Part shown: positions 1-9,885 of the stretch, one piece after another
Layout: every line of letters starts with the position of its first letter
How positions within the stretch are numbered: the stretch's first letter is position 1
Assembly (NCBI GenBank): GCA_045655765.1
Contig: JAZOQA010000014.1
Span: forward strand, 1 to 53,189
Length of the DNA stretch: 53,189 bases
Source of the DNA: Eubacteriales bacterium
GTDB taxonomy: Bacteria; Bacillota; Clostridia; Oscillospirales; CAG-272
Reading direction: 5' to 3'
Made by a program: the position numbers and the translations under genes
Notes under the pieces: model-generated
Told to the model about the DNA's origin: nothing
Databases searched by the model: none
The model's input: only the letters and a program-made list of their open reading frames with translations

Positions 1-19
1 CATGGCTACGATCCGACTT
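1..19 (-). other. MGI/DNBSEQ sequencing adapter remnant (artefact)
   Basis: CATGGCTACGATCCGACTT is the exact reverse complement of AAGTCGGATCGTAGCCATG, the start of the MGI adapter. The adjacent reading frame looks family-like only from base 20. Confidence 0.9.
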
Positions 20-20
20 C

Positions 21-596
21 GAGGAGGGTGGTGTTGTAACCAACGGAATGAGCAAGCACGCAAGATCCGGGGAAAATTCCAACAGTGCCGTAGTTTGCTC
101 CGTTTTTAAGGAAGATTACGGTGCAACCCCCGAAAAGGCAATAGAATTCCAAAGAAAAATAGAACGTGCGGCATTTCTTGCCGGCGGCTCTGACTTTTCC
201 GCCCCCATTATTACTGTGGGAGACTTCTTAAACGGAAAGATTTCACACGAGCCGTCAAGAATTGTTCCGACTTATATGAACGGCGAGCATATAAAGCTTG
301 CCTCACCTGAAAAATATCTTCCCGAGTTTGCAGTCTCGGGTATCAAAAATGCTATTCTTGCCTTTGATTCAAAAATTCAAGGCTTTGCCGCCCCTGATGC
401 AATTCTTACGGGAGCGGAAACAAGAACAAGTGCTCCTGTGCGGATTTTGAGGGATAAAACCTCGCTTGCCACTGTCGGACACGATAATTTTTATCCCGCA
501 GGCGAAGGTGCAGGCTACGCAGGCGGTATTACAAGTGCTGCAATAGACGGAATACGTGTCTCGCTTGCACTTATGTCAAGATTTAAAAGACTCTGA
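21..596 (+). CDS. FAD-dependent oxidoreductase (NAD(P)/FAD-dependent dehydrogenase family), 5'-truncated
   Basis: The frame is open upstream of ATG 48 (EEGGVVTNGMS). Motifs ETRTSAPVRI and YPAGEGAGYAGGITSAAIDG are typical of the C-terminus of this family. Confidence 0.85.
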   Translation, partial: EEGGVVTNGMSKHARSGENSNSAVVCSVFKEDYGATPEKAIEFQRKIERAAFLAGGSDFSAPIITVGDFLNGKISHEPSRIVPTYMNGEHIKLASPEKYLPEFAVSGIKNAILAFDSKIQGFAAPDAILTGAETRTSAPVRILRDKTSLATVGHDNFYPAGEGAGYAGGITSAAIDGIRVSLALMSRFKRL

Positions 597-600
597 TTTT

Positions 601-748
601 ACGGTTGAAATCCAGACCGTTTTTGTGCAGCAAGTGGCTGCGAAGCACAGCAACTCACGTAAAAGGGGAGAAGTTGATTTTTATCTCTCTTTTTACTGTG
701 AGTTGCCCTAAGGTTGATAATAAAATGGAAGGCGAAGCCAAGGCTTCG
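601..748. repeat. Cluster of inverted repeats between the oxidoreductase and recJ (REP/MITE-like or structured RNA)
   Basis: Stems at 601-605/616-620, 627-631/637-641, a 22-bp stem 650-671/684-706 with one bulge, and 733-739/742-748. Confidence 0.55.
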
Positions 749-767
749 ACTAATGGTATAAATAAAA

Positions 768-2960
768 ATGAAAAACATAATTGAAACAAAGGAGAAAAAA
801 TGGATTATTAAATCCGTTACGGGTGACACGGAGGCAAATGCCGTTTCTGACATTGCGTCCTCACTCGGAATTTCCCCCATTATCGCCAAGCTTCTTTATA
901 ACAGAGGCTACTGCGATGCACAAGCTGCTAAAAATTTCATTTATATGGAAAGTGAAATGCTTTGTAACCCCTTTGATATGGCGGATATGGAAAAGGGAAT
1001 TGCAAGAATCAAAAGAGCGATAGACACTCACGAAAAAATCACGGTTTACGGTGACTATGACGTTGACGGTGTAACGGCCGTTTGCACACTCTATCTATAT
1101 CTCCGTGCACTCGGTGCAGACGTGGAATATTATATACCCAACAGAAACGGCGAGGGCTACGGAGTTTCCTGCTCGGCTATTGACACTATCAAGGCATCCG
1201 GCTCCACGCTGGTCATAACGGTAGATACGGGTATTACGGCAAACGCAGAGGTTGATTACGCAAACAGCATAGGTGTTGATTTTCTTATAACCGACCACCA
1301 CGAATGCCACACGGAGCTTCCGCATTCTGTAGCGGCCATAAACCCTCACAGGCTTGACTGCTCCTATCCTTTTAAGGAGCTTGCGGGTGTAGGTGTTATT
1401 TTCAAGGTTATTTGTGCCTATGAGGAGCGTTATATCACCCCCGACAGAATAAAAGCTACGTCCAAAATTTTCAGGGACTATGCAGATCTTGTCGCCATTG
1501 GCACAATAGCGGACGTTATGCCTGTAAAGGACGAAAACAGAATTATAGTTAAATACGGTCTTGGAATGATAGAAAACAATCCAAGAGTCGGACTGAGTGC
1601 TCTTATTGAGGTCGCAACAAGAAAAAGCGATGCTTCTTTTGCTGATAAAAAGAAGAAGAAAACAAAGATTACGTCAGGCTTCATCGGCTATACGGTAGCT
1701 CCGAGAATTAATGCCGCAGGACGTATAAGAAGTGCTACTATTGCGGTGGAGCTCTTTTTGACACGTGATTATAACGAGGCGATTAAAATAGCAGAGACGC
1801 TTTGTGAGGCAAATAAAGAGCGTCAGAGCGAAGAAAATAAAATAATGCAAGAGGCATACAAAAAAATTGAGGAAATCGACCTCGAAAATACGTCAATTAT
1901 AGTCCTTGATGCAGACGATTGGCATCACGGAGTTATAGGAATTGTTGCATCTCGTATTACTGAAAAGTACGGAAGACCCTCTATACTCGTCTCTTTTGAG
2001 GGCAATGAATCAGATGCACATATGCCGACCGACACAGGTAAAGGCTCGGGTAGAAGCATTAAGGGGCTTAATCTCGTTGACGCACTCTTTTATTGCTCCG
2101 AGCATCTTATAAAGTTCGGAGGACACGAGCTTGCGGCAGGACTTTCGGTTTCACGTGGAGAGCTTCAAGCCTTTAAAACGAAAATCAATGAATACGCACT
2201 TGCCAATCTGACAGAGGAAAGTATGATTCCTACCCTTGAGGCAGACACGGAGATTGATTTTGAGGACATAACCCTGGCACTTGCAGACGGGCTCCGTATA
2301 CTTGAGCCGTACGGCGTTGCAAATGCCGTCCCCACCTTTGTTCTTCGAGGTGTTACCGTCTCCGAAATAAGCGGTGTCAGCGGAGGAAAGCACACTCGCC
2401 TTTCCGTTACCAACGGGAGGTACTCAATCTCGGCAATGTTCTTTTCCGTTTCACCGGACACCCTCGGTATTTATCCCGGTGACGAGGTCGATATTCTTTT
2501 CAATCTTGACGTAAACGATTGGCTCGGAAGACGCTCTGTGCAGGTTATAGTCAGGGATATTAAATACTCGGGCTTGCAAAAGGAAGCCAAGGAAAACGAA
2601 CGAAAAAGATTTGAGGAAATTCGTGCAGGCGGTCAAATATTTCCGTCCGAAAACGTAATCCCCACAAGAGAGGATTTTGCCTCCGTATATAAATTTCTTT
2701 TGAACTCTCAAAGAAGCGGTATTAACCGTATGACTCACCGTGATATAACCTCGAGGATAGGAAAGCTCGGCTTTGCTGATATAGGCTACATAAAGCTTAA
2801 AATAATCGTTATGGTATTCAAAGAGCTTAATTTGATTTCCATTGAAGAAATACAACCCGAGGTATACGACTTTCACATTCGCTTTGGAGCGGCAAAAACA
2901 GACCTTGAAAAGTCTACGCTGCTTCGTAAAATCCGTTCCCAGCTCCGTCCTAAAAGCTGA
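768..2960 (+). CDS. recJ: Single-stranded-DNA exonuclease RecJ
   Basis: DHH motifs YGDYDVDG, ITVDTG, TDHH, GTIADV and PRINAAGR; DHHA1 motifs GSGRS and FGGHELAAG. Confidence 0.97.
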   Translation: MKNIIETKEKKWIIKSVTGDTEANAVSDIASSLGISPIIAKLLYNRGYCDAQAAKNFIYMESEMLCNPFDMADMEKGIARIKRAIDTHEKITVYGDYDVDGVTAVCTLYLYLRALGADVEYYIPNRNGEGYGVSCSAIDTIKASGSTLVITVDTGITANAEVDYANSIGVDFLITDHHECHTELPHSVAAINPHRLDCSYPFKELAGVGVIFKVICAYEERYITPDRIKATSKIFRDYADLVAIGTIADVMPVKDENRIIVKYGLGMIENNPRVGLSALIEVATRKSDASFADKKKKKTKITSGFIGYTVAPRINAAGRIRSATIAVELFLTRDYNEAIKIAETLCEANKERQSEENKIMQEAYKKIEEIDLENTSIIVLDADDWHHGVIGIVASRITEKYGRPSILVSFEGNESDAHMPTDTGKGSGRSIKGLNLVDALFYCSEHLIKFGGHELAAGLSVSRGELQAFKTKINEYALANLTEESMIPTLEADTEIDFEDITLALADGLRILEPYGVANAVPTFVLRGVTVSEISGVSGGKHTRLSVTNGRYSISAMFFSVSPDTLGIYPGDEVDILFNLDVNDWLGRRSVQVIVRDIKYSGLQKEAKENERKRFEEIRAGGQIFPSENVIPTREDFASVYKFLLNSQRSGINRMTHRDITSRIGKLGFADIGYIKLKIIVMVFKELNLISIEEIQPEVYDFHIRFGAAKTDLEKSTLLRKIRSQLRPKS

Positions 2961-3005
2961 TTTATAAAAGGGAAGAGCATTGGGATACTAAAAATAAAGG
3001 TTATT

Positions 3006-5219
3006 ATGTTTAAAGAATGCAAGCCGTTATTTGACGTAATCGGCGAAAATGAGAAGAATTACGATCTTGAAAAGATAAAGCAGGCGTTTCTTTACGCCGC
3101 AAAGCTACACGAGGGGCAGTTTAGGCAAAGCGGTGAGCCGTACGTTAGTCACCCTGTTGCCGTTGCTGCCATAGTTGCAGGCCTTGGACTTGACACGGAT
3201 TCGATTTGTGCGGCTCTGCTTCACGACACGGTGGAGGATTGTGCTGACAAGACGAATCTTGAGACGTTGTCGAAGATGTTCGGCTCTGAGGTTGCAATGC
3301 TTGTTGACGGTCTTACTAAAATAATCCAGGTTCAAATTGAGGACAAGGAAGAGGCTCATATAGAGAATATCAGAAAGATGCTCCTTGCTATGAACCGTGA
3401 CATTCGAGTTATATTTATCAAGCTTTGTGACAGACTTCACAATATGCGAACCCTCTCGGCAAAAAAGGAAGACCGTCAGCGTGCCATAGCCCTTGAAACT
3501 ATGTATATTTATGCTCCGCTTGCCCACAGACTCGGTATTCAGAAAATCAAGCAAGAGCTTGAAAATCTGAGTTTGTTTTATCTCGACCCCGTTGGATATG
3601 AGGAGGTTCACGATGCTATTGATAAAAAGTACGGTCAAAGCCGCACGTTTATCGAGGAGGCTAAGTGCATAATTGATGAAAAGCTTACGGAAAACAACAT
3701 TACTTTCACTCTTGAGGGACGTGTAAAATCAGTTTACAGCTTGTACCGTAAGATGTATACGCAAGGAAAAGCGTTTGATGAAATATACGACTTTTACGCA
3801 CTTCGTGTAATTGTTGAAACGGAGCTTGAATGCTATACGGCACTCGGTCTTGTGCACGAGCTTTTTAAATCTATTCCCGGAAGATTTAAGGATTATATAT
3901 CAACTCCAAAGCCCAACCTTTACCGCTCGCTTCATACAACAGTCATAGGTCACAGCGGTATTCCCTTTGAGGTTCAAATAAGAACCCGTCTTATGCACGA
4001 CGAGGCGGAATACGGTATTGCCGCACATTGGAAATATAAATCGGGCGAGCGTGCGGGTCAGGAGATAGACGAACGCTTACGCTGGATTGCAAAGCTGCTT
4101 GAATCGGACGAAAATACCCGTGACCCCGACGAGTTTATACATTCGTTTAAAACGGATATTTTCCACGACGAAACCTTCGTTTTTACACCCAAGGGCGACG
4201 TAATTTCACTTCCGCAAGGCTCAAGCGTCATTGATTTTGCTTACGCTATACACTCCGCTATCGGAAACAAAATGGTAGGTGCGAAAATCAACGGCGTAAT
4301 TGTTCCGATTGACCGTGAGCCTAAAAACGGTGATATAATTGAAATAATCACCTCGGCAAGCTCCAAGGGACCGAGCCGTGATTGGCTAAAAATTGTAAAA
4401 ACGGGCGAGGCTCGTACAAAAATACGTCAGTGGTTTAAAAAGGAAAAGCGAACCGAAAATATACAAATAGGAAGAAACGAGGTCGAAAAGGAGCTTCGTA
4501 AATACGGCAAAAGCTATACGAACGAGGAGCTTGATATTATAATTGCAAGCGTAGGCAAGCGTATAGGCATTAACAACGCCGACGACTTTTACAACACTCT
4601 TGGCTTCGGAGGAGTTTCGCTTCAACGCTTCTTAACTAAAATAAAGGAAGAAATCGACAAGCTCCCCTCTAACAAGGACGCACTTCCCGAAATTACAAAG
4701 GAAGACGAGCTTGCAAGCGTCAAGCTTAAAAACAATAAAAAAACGGTTACGGACGGCGTCGTAATAGACGGCGAAGCAGGATGTAGAGTCAAATTTGCAA
4801 GATGCTGTAACCCCTTGCCCGGAGACAAGATTCTTGGATTTGTAACAAGGGGCTTTGGCGTTTCCGTCCACAAAGCGGACTGTCCTAACGTCGTGCGTTC
4901 AAGAAACGAGGACAATCTCTCTCGTTGGGTGCGTGCGGAATGGGAGCGTGACGAAAGTGCGGGTCGTGATAGTGCAACCTACGAGGCAAGACTTCAAATC
5001 ATCGCAGAGGACAAAATCGGCGTTCTTGTGGGAATTTCGGTTGCTCTTGCCGATATGAAGGTATCTATTTCACAAATCAATGCCCAATCAATGAAGGACG
5101 GGCAAACAATGATAAATCTTCAGGTCGGCTGCCGCAGCACGTCACACTATCAATCCATCGTTTCAAAGCTCAAATCGGTCAAGTACGTTATTTCCGTGAC
5201 ACGCGGATTTGGTATATAA
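3006..5219 (+). CDS. relA: Bifunctional (p)ppGpp synthetase/hydrolase (long RSH, Rel)
   Basis: Intact HD motif LHDTVED, synthetase motifs RFKDY, YRSLHT and EVQIRT, TGS domain (FTPKGDV..DFAYAIHS), CC motif (RCCNPLPGD) and C-terminal ACT domain. Confidence 0.96.
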   Translation: MFKECKPLFDVIGENEKNYDLEKIKQAFLYAAKLHEGQFRQSGEPYVSHPVAVAAIVAGLGLDTDSICAALLHDTVEDCADKTNLETLSKMFGSEVAMLVDGLTKIIQVQIEDKEEAHIENIRKMLLAMNRDIRVIFIKLCDRLHNMRTLSAKKEDRQRAIALETMYIYAPLAHRLGIQKIKQELENLSLFYLDPVGYEEVHDAIDKKYGQSRTFIEEAKCIIDEKLTENNITFTLEGRVKSVYSLYRKMYTQGKAFDEIYDFYALRVIVETELECYTALGLVHELFKSIPGRFKDYISTPKPNLYRSLHTTVIGHSGIPFEVQIRTRLMHDEAEYGIAAHWKYKSGERAGQEIDERLRWIAKLLESDENTRDPDEFIHSFKTDIFHDETFVFTPKGDVISLPQGSSVIDFAYAIHSAIGNKMVGAKINGVIVPIDREPKNGDIIEIITSASSKGPSRDWLKIVKTGEARTKIRQWFKKEKRTENIQIGRNEVEKELRKYGKSYTNEELDIIIASVGKRIGINNADDFYNTLGFGGVSLQRFLTKIKEEIDKLPSNKDALPEITKEDELASVKLKNNKKTVTDGVVIDGEAGCRVKFARCCNPLPGDKILGFVTRGFGVSVHKADCPNVVRSRNEDNLSRWVRAEWERDESAGRDSATYEARLQIIAEDKIGVLVGISVALADMKVSISQINAQSMKDGQTMINLQVGCRSTSHYQSIVSKLKSVKYVISVTRGFGI

Positions 5220-5231
5220 CGGAGGAATATT

Positions 5232-5699
5232 ATGAGAGCTGTACTTCAAAGAGTGAAATGTGCTACGGTTTTCGCAGACGGACTTTTTTCGGGAAAAATA
5301 GGTCAGGGTCTCTATATTCTTCTCGGAGTTGAAAAAGGGGATACAAAGGAGGACGCAGCCGTCCTTGCTGAAAAGATTTCAAAGCTTCGGATTTTCTCCG
5401 ACGTTGAGGGGAAAATGAATCTTTCCGTTCTTGATATTGATGGGGAAGCTATGGTTGTTTCCAACTTCACCCTCCTTGCCAACTATTCGCACGGAAACAG
5501 ACCCGATTATTTCGGTGCGGCGACACCTAAGGAAGCAAACGCTCTTTACGAGTATTTTACAGAGCTTCTTTCATCTAAAATTAAAAAGCAGGTTCAAACA
5601 GGCAAATTCGGTGCCGATATGCAAACGGAAATGATAACTGACGGTCCTGTAACCATAGTTATGCATTCCGAGGTATTAAAAAAGAAAAACGGACGTTAA
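5232..5699 (+). CDS. dtd: D-aminoacyl-tRNA deacylase
   Basis: MRAVLQRV start, SNFTL (usually SQFTL), G.FGA.M and DGPVT motifs; canonical position after rel. Confidence 0.95.
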   Translation: MRAVLQRVKCATVFADGLFSGKIGQGLYILLGVEKGDTKEDAAVLAEKISKLRIFSDVEGKMNLSVLDIDGEAMVVSNFTLLANYSHGNRPDYFGAATPKEANALYEYFTELLSSKIKKQVQTGKFGADMQTEMITDGPVTIVMHSEVLKKKNGR

Positions 5700-5724
5700 A
5701 TCTTAAAGAAGGGTGTAAGATGGG

Positions 5725-7236
5725 ATGATACTTCATATTGACGGAAATATAAACAGATATTACGTTCAGACTCTGTGTATGGTCTTTTTTCCGGGTGCTA
5801 CCTTCGGTGTAAACGAACAGCCAAGACCCGACATTCCCGAGGTAACCGTCAGCACCTACATCGATAAGGAGGGAGCACAAACCGCATACGTCTCTATAAA
5901 GCTAAACGATAAGGAAACAGAAGCGGTTGCTTCCGTTTCAAATGACGAGCCTGTAACTATTGCAACACGAGAAAGCATAGCCGTCGGACGTGCACTCCTT
6001 GCTGCGGGAAAGGAAATGCTCGGCTACATTCCTCCGTGGGGGATTCTGACGGGTGTACGCCCCGCAAAGGTTGCCGCAGGCTTAATAAGCTCTATGGGCG
6101 GTGTTACAAAAAGCAAGCGTATTTTAAGAGATGAATTCTTTTTAAGCCCCGGCAAGGCGGCACTTGCTGTTTCGGTAGCACAAAACGTAATGAAGCTTAC
6201 AAAGAAACTCTCGCCAAATGCCTGCTCACTTTACGTCTCTATTCCTTTTTGTCCTTCAAGATGTGCATATTGCAGCTTTGTTTCTTACACAACTCCAAGA
6301 CTGCTTTCTATGATTGACGATTATATAGACGCACTTATTGACGACCTTGGCGAAACTTTCGGTATTATACGTGAGCTTGGCCTTGACCTCACTACAATTT
6401 ATATAGGCGGAGGAACACCAACAACCCTTACGCCAAGTCAGCTTGAAAGACTCCTTTCTAAAATCAACAGCGACTGTGATATGGACAAGCTCACTGAATT
6501 TACACTTGAAGCAGGCAGACCCGACACTATAACCAAAGAGAAGCTTGAGGTCGCAAAGAAGTACGGAGTCACACGTATAAGTGTAAATCCTCAAACTCTT
6601 GATGATTGCATTTTGAAGGAAATCGGCAGAAAACATACGGCAGAAGACTTTTTTAAGGCTTTTGCAATCGCAAAGGAAAGCGGGATAAGAGATATAAACG
6701 TGGATCTTATTGCGGGTCTTCCGGGTGACGATTTTAAAAAATTTGCACATACGCTCGACAGGATTATAGAGCTTCAGCCATCGAATATTACAGTACATAC
6801 GTTCTGTGTCAAAAAGGCATCAGACCTTTTGAAAAATGACACGGGAATATATTCTCTCTCGGGCGGAGACGCCGCAAAAAGCGTTTCGTATTCCCAGCTT
6901 CAAGCAAAGTTTTCGGGCTACAAGCCGTATTATATGTACAGACAGAAAAATACAGTGGGAAATCTTGAAAACGTCGGTTTTGCAAAAGAAGGGCACGAGG
7001 GAATGTATAATATATATATGATGGAAGAGATGCAGACCATTTTTGCTGTGGGTGCAGGCTCTGTTACAAAGCTCGTCGAGCTTGACAGACATAATGATTC
7101 CGAAACGAGAATAGAGCGTATTTTCCGCCCAAAATACCCTTATGAGTACTTGCGTGAATACCAAGAAAAAAAGCAAGGACTTTCTGACGGAAAGCCCGCA
7201 ATGCGTGATAGAATAATGAAATTTTTTGTAAAATAA
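5725..7236 (+). CDS. hemZ: HemZ-like radical SAM protein (coproporphyrinogen dehydrogenase family)
   Basis: CxxxCxxC (CPSRCAYC), WGILTGVRP, GGGTPT, EAGRPD and YYMYRQKN; usual rel-dtd-hemZ context. Confidence 0.92.
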   Translation: MILHIDGNINRYYVQTLCMVFFPGATFGVNEQPRPDIPEVTVSTYIDKEGAQTAYVSIKLNDKETEAVASVSNDEPVTIATRESIAVGRALLAAGKEMLGYIPPWGILTGVRPAKVAAGLISSMGGVTKSKRILRDEFFLSPGKAALAVSVAQNVMKLTKKLSPNACSLYVSIPFCPSRCAYCSFVSYTTPRLLSMIDDYIDALIDDLGETFGIIRELGLDLTTIYIGGGTPTTLTPSQLERLLSKINSDCDMDKLTEFTLEAGRPDTITKEKLEVAKKYGVTRISVNPQTLDDCILKEIGRKHTAEDFFKAFAIAKESGIRDINVDLIAGLPGDDFKKFAHTLDRIIELQPSNITVHTFCVKKASDLLKNDTGIYSLSGGDAAKSVSYSQLQAKFSGYKPYYMYRQKNTVGNLENVGFAKEGHEGMYNIYMMEEMQTIFAVGAGSVTKLVELDRHNDSETRIERIFRPKYPYEYLREYQEKKQGLSDGKPAMRDRIMKFFVK

Positions 7237-7314
7237 CTTACTGCAAAATCGTATAAAAGCAAGGATTCGCTAATATATTTTAGTGAATCTTTCTTTTTTG
7301 TGAGGTAAGCGGTT

Positions 7315-8919
7315 TTGAAAATTAAGGAAAAGAGCAGAGAGCGGATACACAGAGCTTTTGACGGTGCGGCGGCTCTTGCAATTGCAACGGTAATGACAAA
7401 GGTGCTGGGGCTTTTATACAAGGTTCCTCTCTCCAGAATTCTCGGTGACGAGGGTATGGGGTATTTTAACAGTGCATATACCGTTTATACCTTTTTTTAC
7501 ATTTTGTGTTCCTCCGGGGTGCCAAAGGCCGTTACAATCGTCGTTTCGGGTGCAGGCAGTGAGAAGAGGGCGGTTGATGAGAGAAAAACGGTAAAATCCG
7601 CTCTGAAAGCATTTTTCGTAATAGGATTGTTATCTACTGTGATTTTTGTTTTTGGATCGGAAAAAATCTGTGAGTTAATAGGTAACAGAGATGCTGTTTA
7701 TACTATGCTAGCCATTGCTCCGACGGTTTTGTTCGTCTCGGTGGCTGGCGTTGCAAAGGGGCATTTGAATGGAAATTCACGTCTTGTCCCTATTGCGGTA
7801 TCACAAATCATCGAGGGGGCGGCAAAATTCTTTCTCGGGGTTCTTTTTGCAGTCCTTGGTGAAAAACGTGGAATGAGTCTTCCGTATTTATCTGCGTTTA
7901 CAGTTCTTGGAATTACTCTCGGAAGTGCCGCAAGTGCTGTTTTCTTGCTTATTTGCTCTAAAAACACAGACACAAAGCGTAGCTTCAGCTTACAAAATCA
8001 AAATGGCACATCTGTCCTGAAAATTATAAAAATAGCCGCTCCCCTTACGGTAGGTGCGGCTGTTATGAGCCTTTCAAATATGATTGATCTTGGTATGATA
8101 ATGACTCGCTTAAGGGTCTCCGGCTATTCTACCGCCGAAGCGAGTGCACTTTACGGAAATTATACTACCCTTGCTGTTCCTATGTTCAATCTCGTTACTG
8201 CGTTGGTCTCACCGTTTTTTATTGCGGCACTGCCTATTTTGACACGTACAAATACGCAGGGGGACAAACGAGGATTTACGTCGGAATTAAGAATAGCAAT
8301 AAAGAAATCATTTTTTATTGCCGTCCCTGCCACCTTTGCTTTCACCTTCTACAGCGAGGAAATTTTAAGTTTGATTTTTACAAAAGAAGCGGCAGAGAAG
8401 GGGGCGCCGTTGCTCACTCTTTTAGCACCAACGCTTATTTTTCTCACGGGTCAAACTCTTGTAAATACTGCGCTTGAATCCAAAGGCTTTTATAAAGCAC
8501 CTATAATTTCAATGCTTTTAGGGACTGTTCCTAAGGTTATACTGTCATATTTTTTGATTTCAAATCCTGCGGTGGGGATTTCCGGTGCTCCGATAGGTAC
8601 GCTTGTTTGTTATGCGGTAGGCTTTGCTGTATCATCCCTTGTTCTTTTCAGATGCACGGATATTAGAATACCGTTTTTACGTGAACTGATTAAGCCTGCT
8701 GTTATAAGTGCCGTTTCTGTGTTGCTCACCCAAATCGTAAAAAAACTTGTAAACGTAAGACAAACGTATAGTGAGGGGGTATTTATAGCGGCTTTCTTCT
8801 GTATTTTTTACATTGGTTTGTATATAATTTCTCTGTTTTTTGCAAAAAAAATAAGGAATAATTTGGCAAAATATACAAAAACATCAACGGTAAATTATAC
8901 AATAAGCCGAAATTTTTAA
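7315..8919 (+). CDS. MOP-family flippase, SpoVB/YabM-like polysaccharide biosynthesis protein
   Basis: KVLGLLYKVPL..ILGDEGMGYF motif, many transmembrane segments, and position upstream of hup-yabOPQ. TTG start uncertain. Confidence 0.85.
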   Translation: MKIKEKSRERIHRAFDGAAALAIATVMTKVLGLLYKVPLSRILGDEGMGYFNSAYTVYTFFYILCSSGVPKAVTIVVSGAGSEKRAVDERKTVKSALKAFFVIGLLSTVIFVFGSEKICELIGNRDAVYTMLAIAPTVLFVSVAGVAKGHLNGNSRLVPIAVSQIIEGAAKFFLGVLFAVLGEKRGMSLPYLSAFTVLGITLGSAASAVFLLICSKNTDTKRSFSLQNQNGTSVLKIIKIAAPLTVGAAVMSLSNMIDLGMIMTRLRVSGYSTAEASALYGNYTTLAVPMFNLVTALVSPFFIAALPILTRTNTQGDKRGFTSELRIAIKKSFFIAVPATFAFTFYSEEILSLIFTKEAAEKGAPLLTLLAPTLIFLTGQTLVNTALESKGFYKAPIISMLLGTVPKVILSYFLISNPAVGISGAPIGTLVCYAVGFAVSSLVLFRCTDIRIPFLRELIKPAVISAVSVLLTQIVKKLVNVRQTYSEGVFIAAFFCIFYIGLYIISLFFAKKIRNNLAKYTKTSTVNYTISRNF

Positions 8920-8946
8920 TATAAAATAAAAAAATAAAAAAATTAC

Positions 8947-8975
8947 TTGAAATTTATTAAATAAGTTGTTATAAT
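8947..8975 (+). promoter_or_regulatory. SigA-type promoter of hup
   Basis: TTGAAA-17 nt-TATAAT with extended TG. Confidence 0.7.
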
Positions 8976-9009
8976 TTATGTATAAACTTTTTGAAAGGAA
9001 GTTAAAAAG

Positions 9010-9282
9010 ATGACCAAGACAGATCTCGTAAACGTAGTTGCCCAGGAGGCAGAAGTAAGTAAGAAGGTAGCGGAAGCTGTTGTAAACGCAACAATCGGTG
9101 CTATTACCGGCGCTCTCAAGGAGGGTGACAAGGTTCAGATCATCGGCTTTGGTACCTTTGAAGCAAAGACCGTTGCAGAAAGAGAAGGTCGCAACCCCAG
9201 AACCGGCGAAACCATTAAGATTGCTGCTTCTAAGAAGCCCGCTTTCACCGCTTCCAAGGCTCTTAAGGATCAGATAAACTGA
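9010..9282 (+). CDS. hup: DNA-binding protein HU
   Basis: GFGTF and GRNPRTGE motifs; 90 aa. Confidence 0.97.
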   Translation: MTKTDLVNVVAQEAEVSKKVAEAVVNATIGAITGALKEGDKVQIIGFGTFEAKTVAEREGRNPRTGETIKIAASKKPAFTASKALKDQIN

Positions 9283-9290
9283 TTTGTTTA

Positions 9291-9545
9291 ATGCGTCTTG
9301 ATAAATATCTTAAGGTCTCAAGACTTATAAAACGGCGTACAGTAGCCAACGATGCCTGTGATAATGCACGTGTCAGCGTTAACGGGAAAGCCGCCAAAGC
9401 ATCCTATGACGTAAAATTAGGTGACGAAATTACTGTTGCCTTCGGACAAAAGGCTGTCACCGTAAAAGTACTTGACATCAAAGAAACAACCAAAAAATCG
9501 GAAGCTGCGGGGATGTATGAGGTTATATCCGCATCCGATGCATAA
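9291..9545 (+). CDS. yabO: S4-domain RNA-binding protein YabO/RqcP
   Basis: [19 protein letters not shown] signature. Confidence 0.93.
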   Translation: MRLDKYLKVSRLIKRRTVANDACDNARVSVNGKAAKASYDVKLGDEITVAFGQKAVTVKVLDIKETTKKSEAAGMYEVISASDA

Positions 9546-9556
9546 TTTAAAAAGCT

Positions 9557-9597
9557 AAGGCATATCTTTCTTTAAAGAAAGGTGTGCCTTCTTTTTA
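9557..9597 (+). terminator. Intrinsic terminator after yabO
   Basis: AAGGCATATCTTTC/GAAAGGTGTGCCTT stem followed by a T-tract. Confidence 0.7.
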
Positions 9598-9624
9598 TTA
9601 TTTTAATTTGAAACGGAGTGTGTT

Positions 9625-9885
9625 ATGGAAAGGGCTTTACAGAGCTGTGGAAAGGTTATACTTACAGACAGAAAGACGCTCACCCTTGATGGTGTAAGTC
9701 ACGTTGGAAGCTTTGATGAGGAATACGTTGTCGTTTTTACGTCCCTCGGAGAGGTAAACATCGAAGGCGAGGGGCTTAAAATAGAAAATCTTTCAAAGGA
9801 GAGAGGAGAAATACTTATAAGCGGCAAAATTACGGCAATTTATTATCAAGACCGTACCAAGGGTAAAAAAAGAAGCCAAAAATGA
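9625..9885 (+). CDS. yabP: Sporulation protein YabP/YqfC family
   Basis: LTDRKTLTLDGV..V.SFDE and G...IEGEGLKI pattern; yabO-yabP-yabQ synteny. Confidence 0.88.
   Translation: MERALQSCGKVILTDRKTLTLDGVSHVGSFDEEYVVVFTSLGEVNIEGEGLKIENLSKERGEILISGKITAIYYQDRTKGKKRSQK

Noticed and set aside
597-767. raiA motif, c-di-GMP riboswitch or tRNA-Sec, prompted by GGTTGAAA and AAATCCAG
   Set aside because: Only short word matches; the remaining conserved cores and a cloverleaf are absent.
5460-5474. Dtd SNFTL in place of SQFTL
   Set aside because: Conservative change with the Gly-Pro motif intact; no reason to infer altered function.
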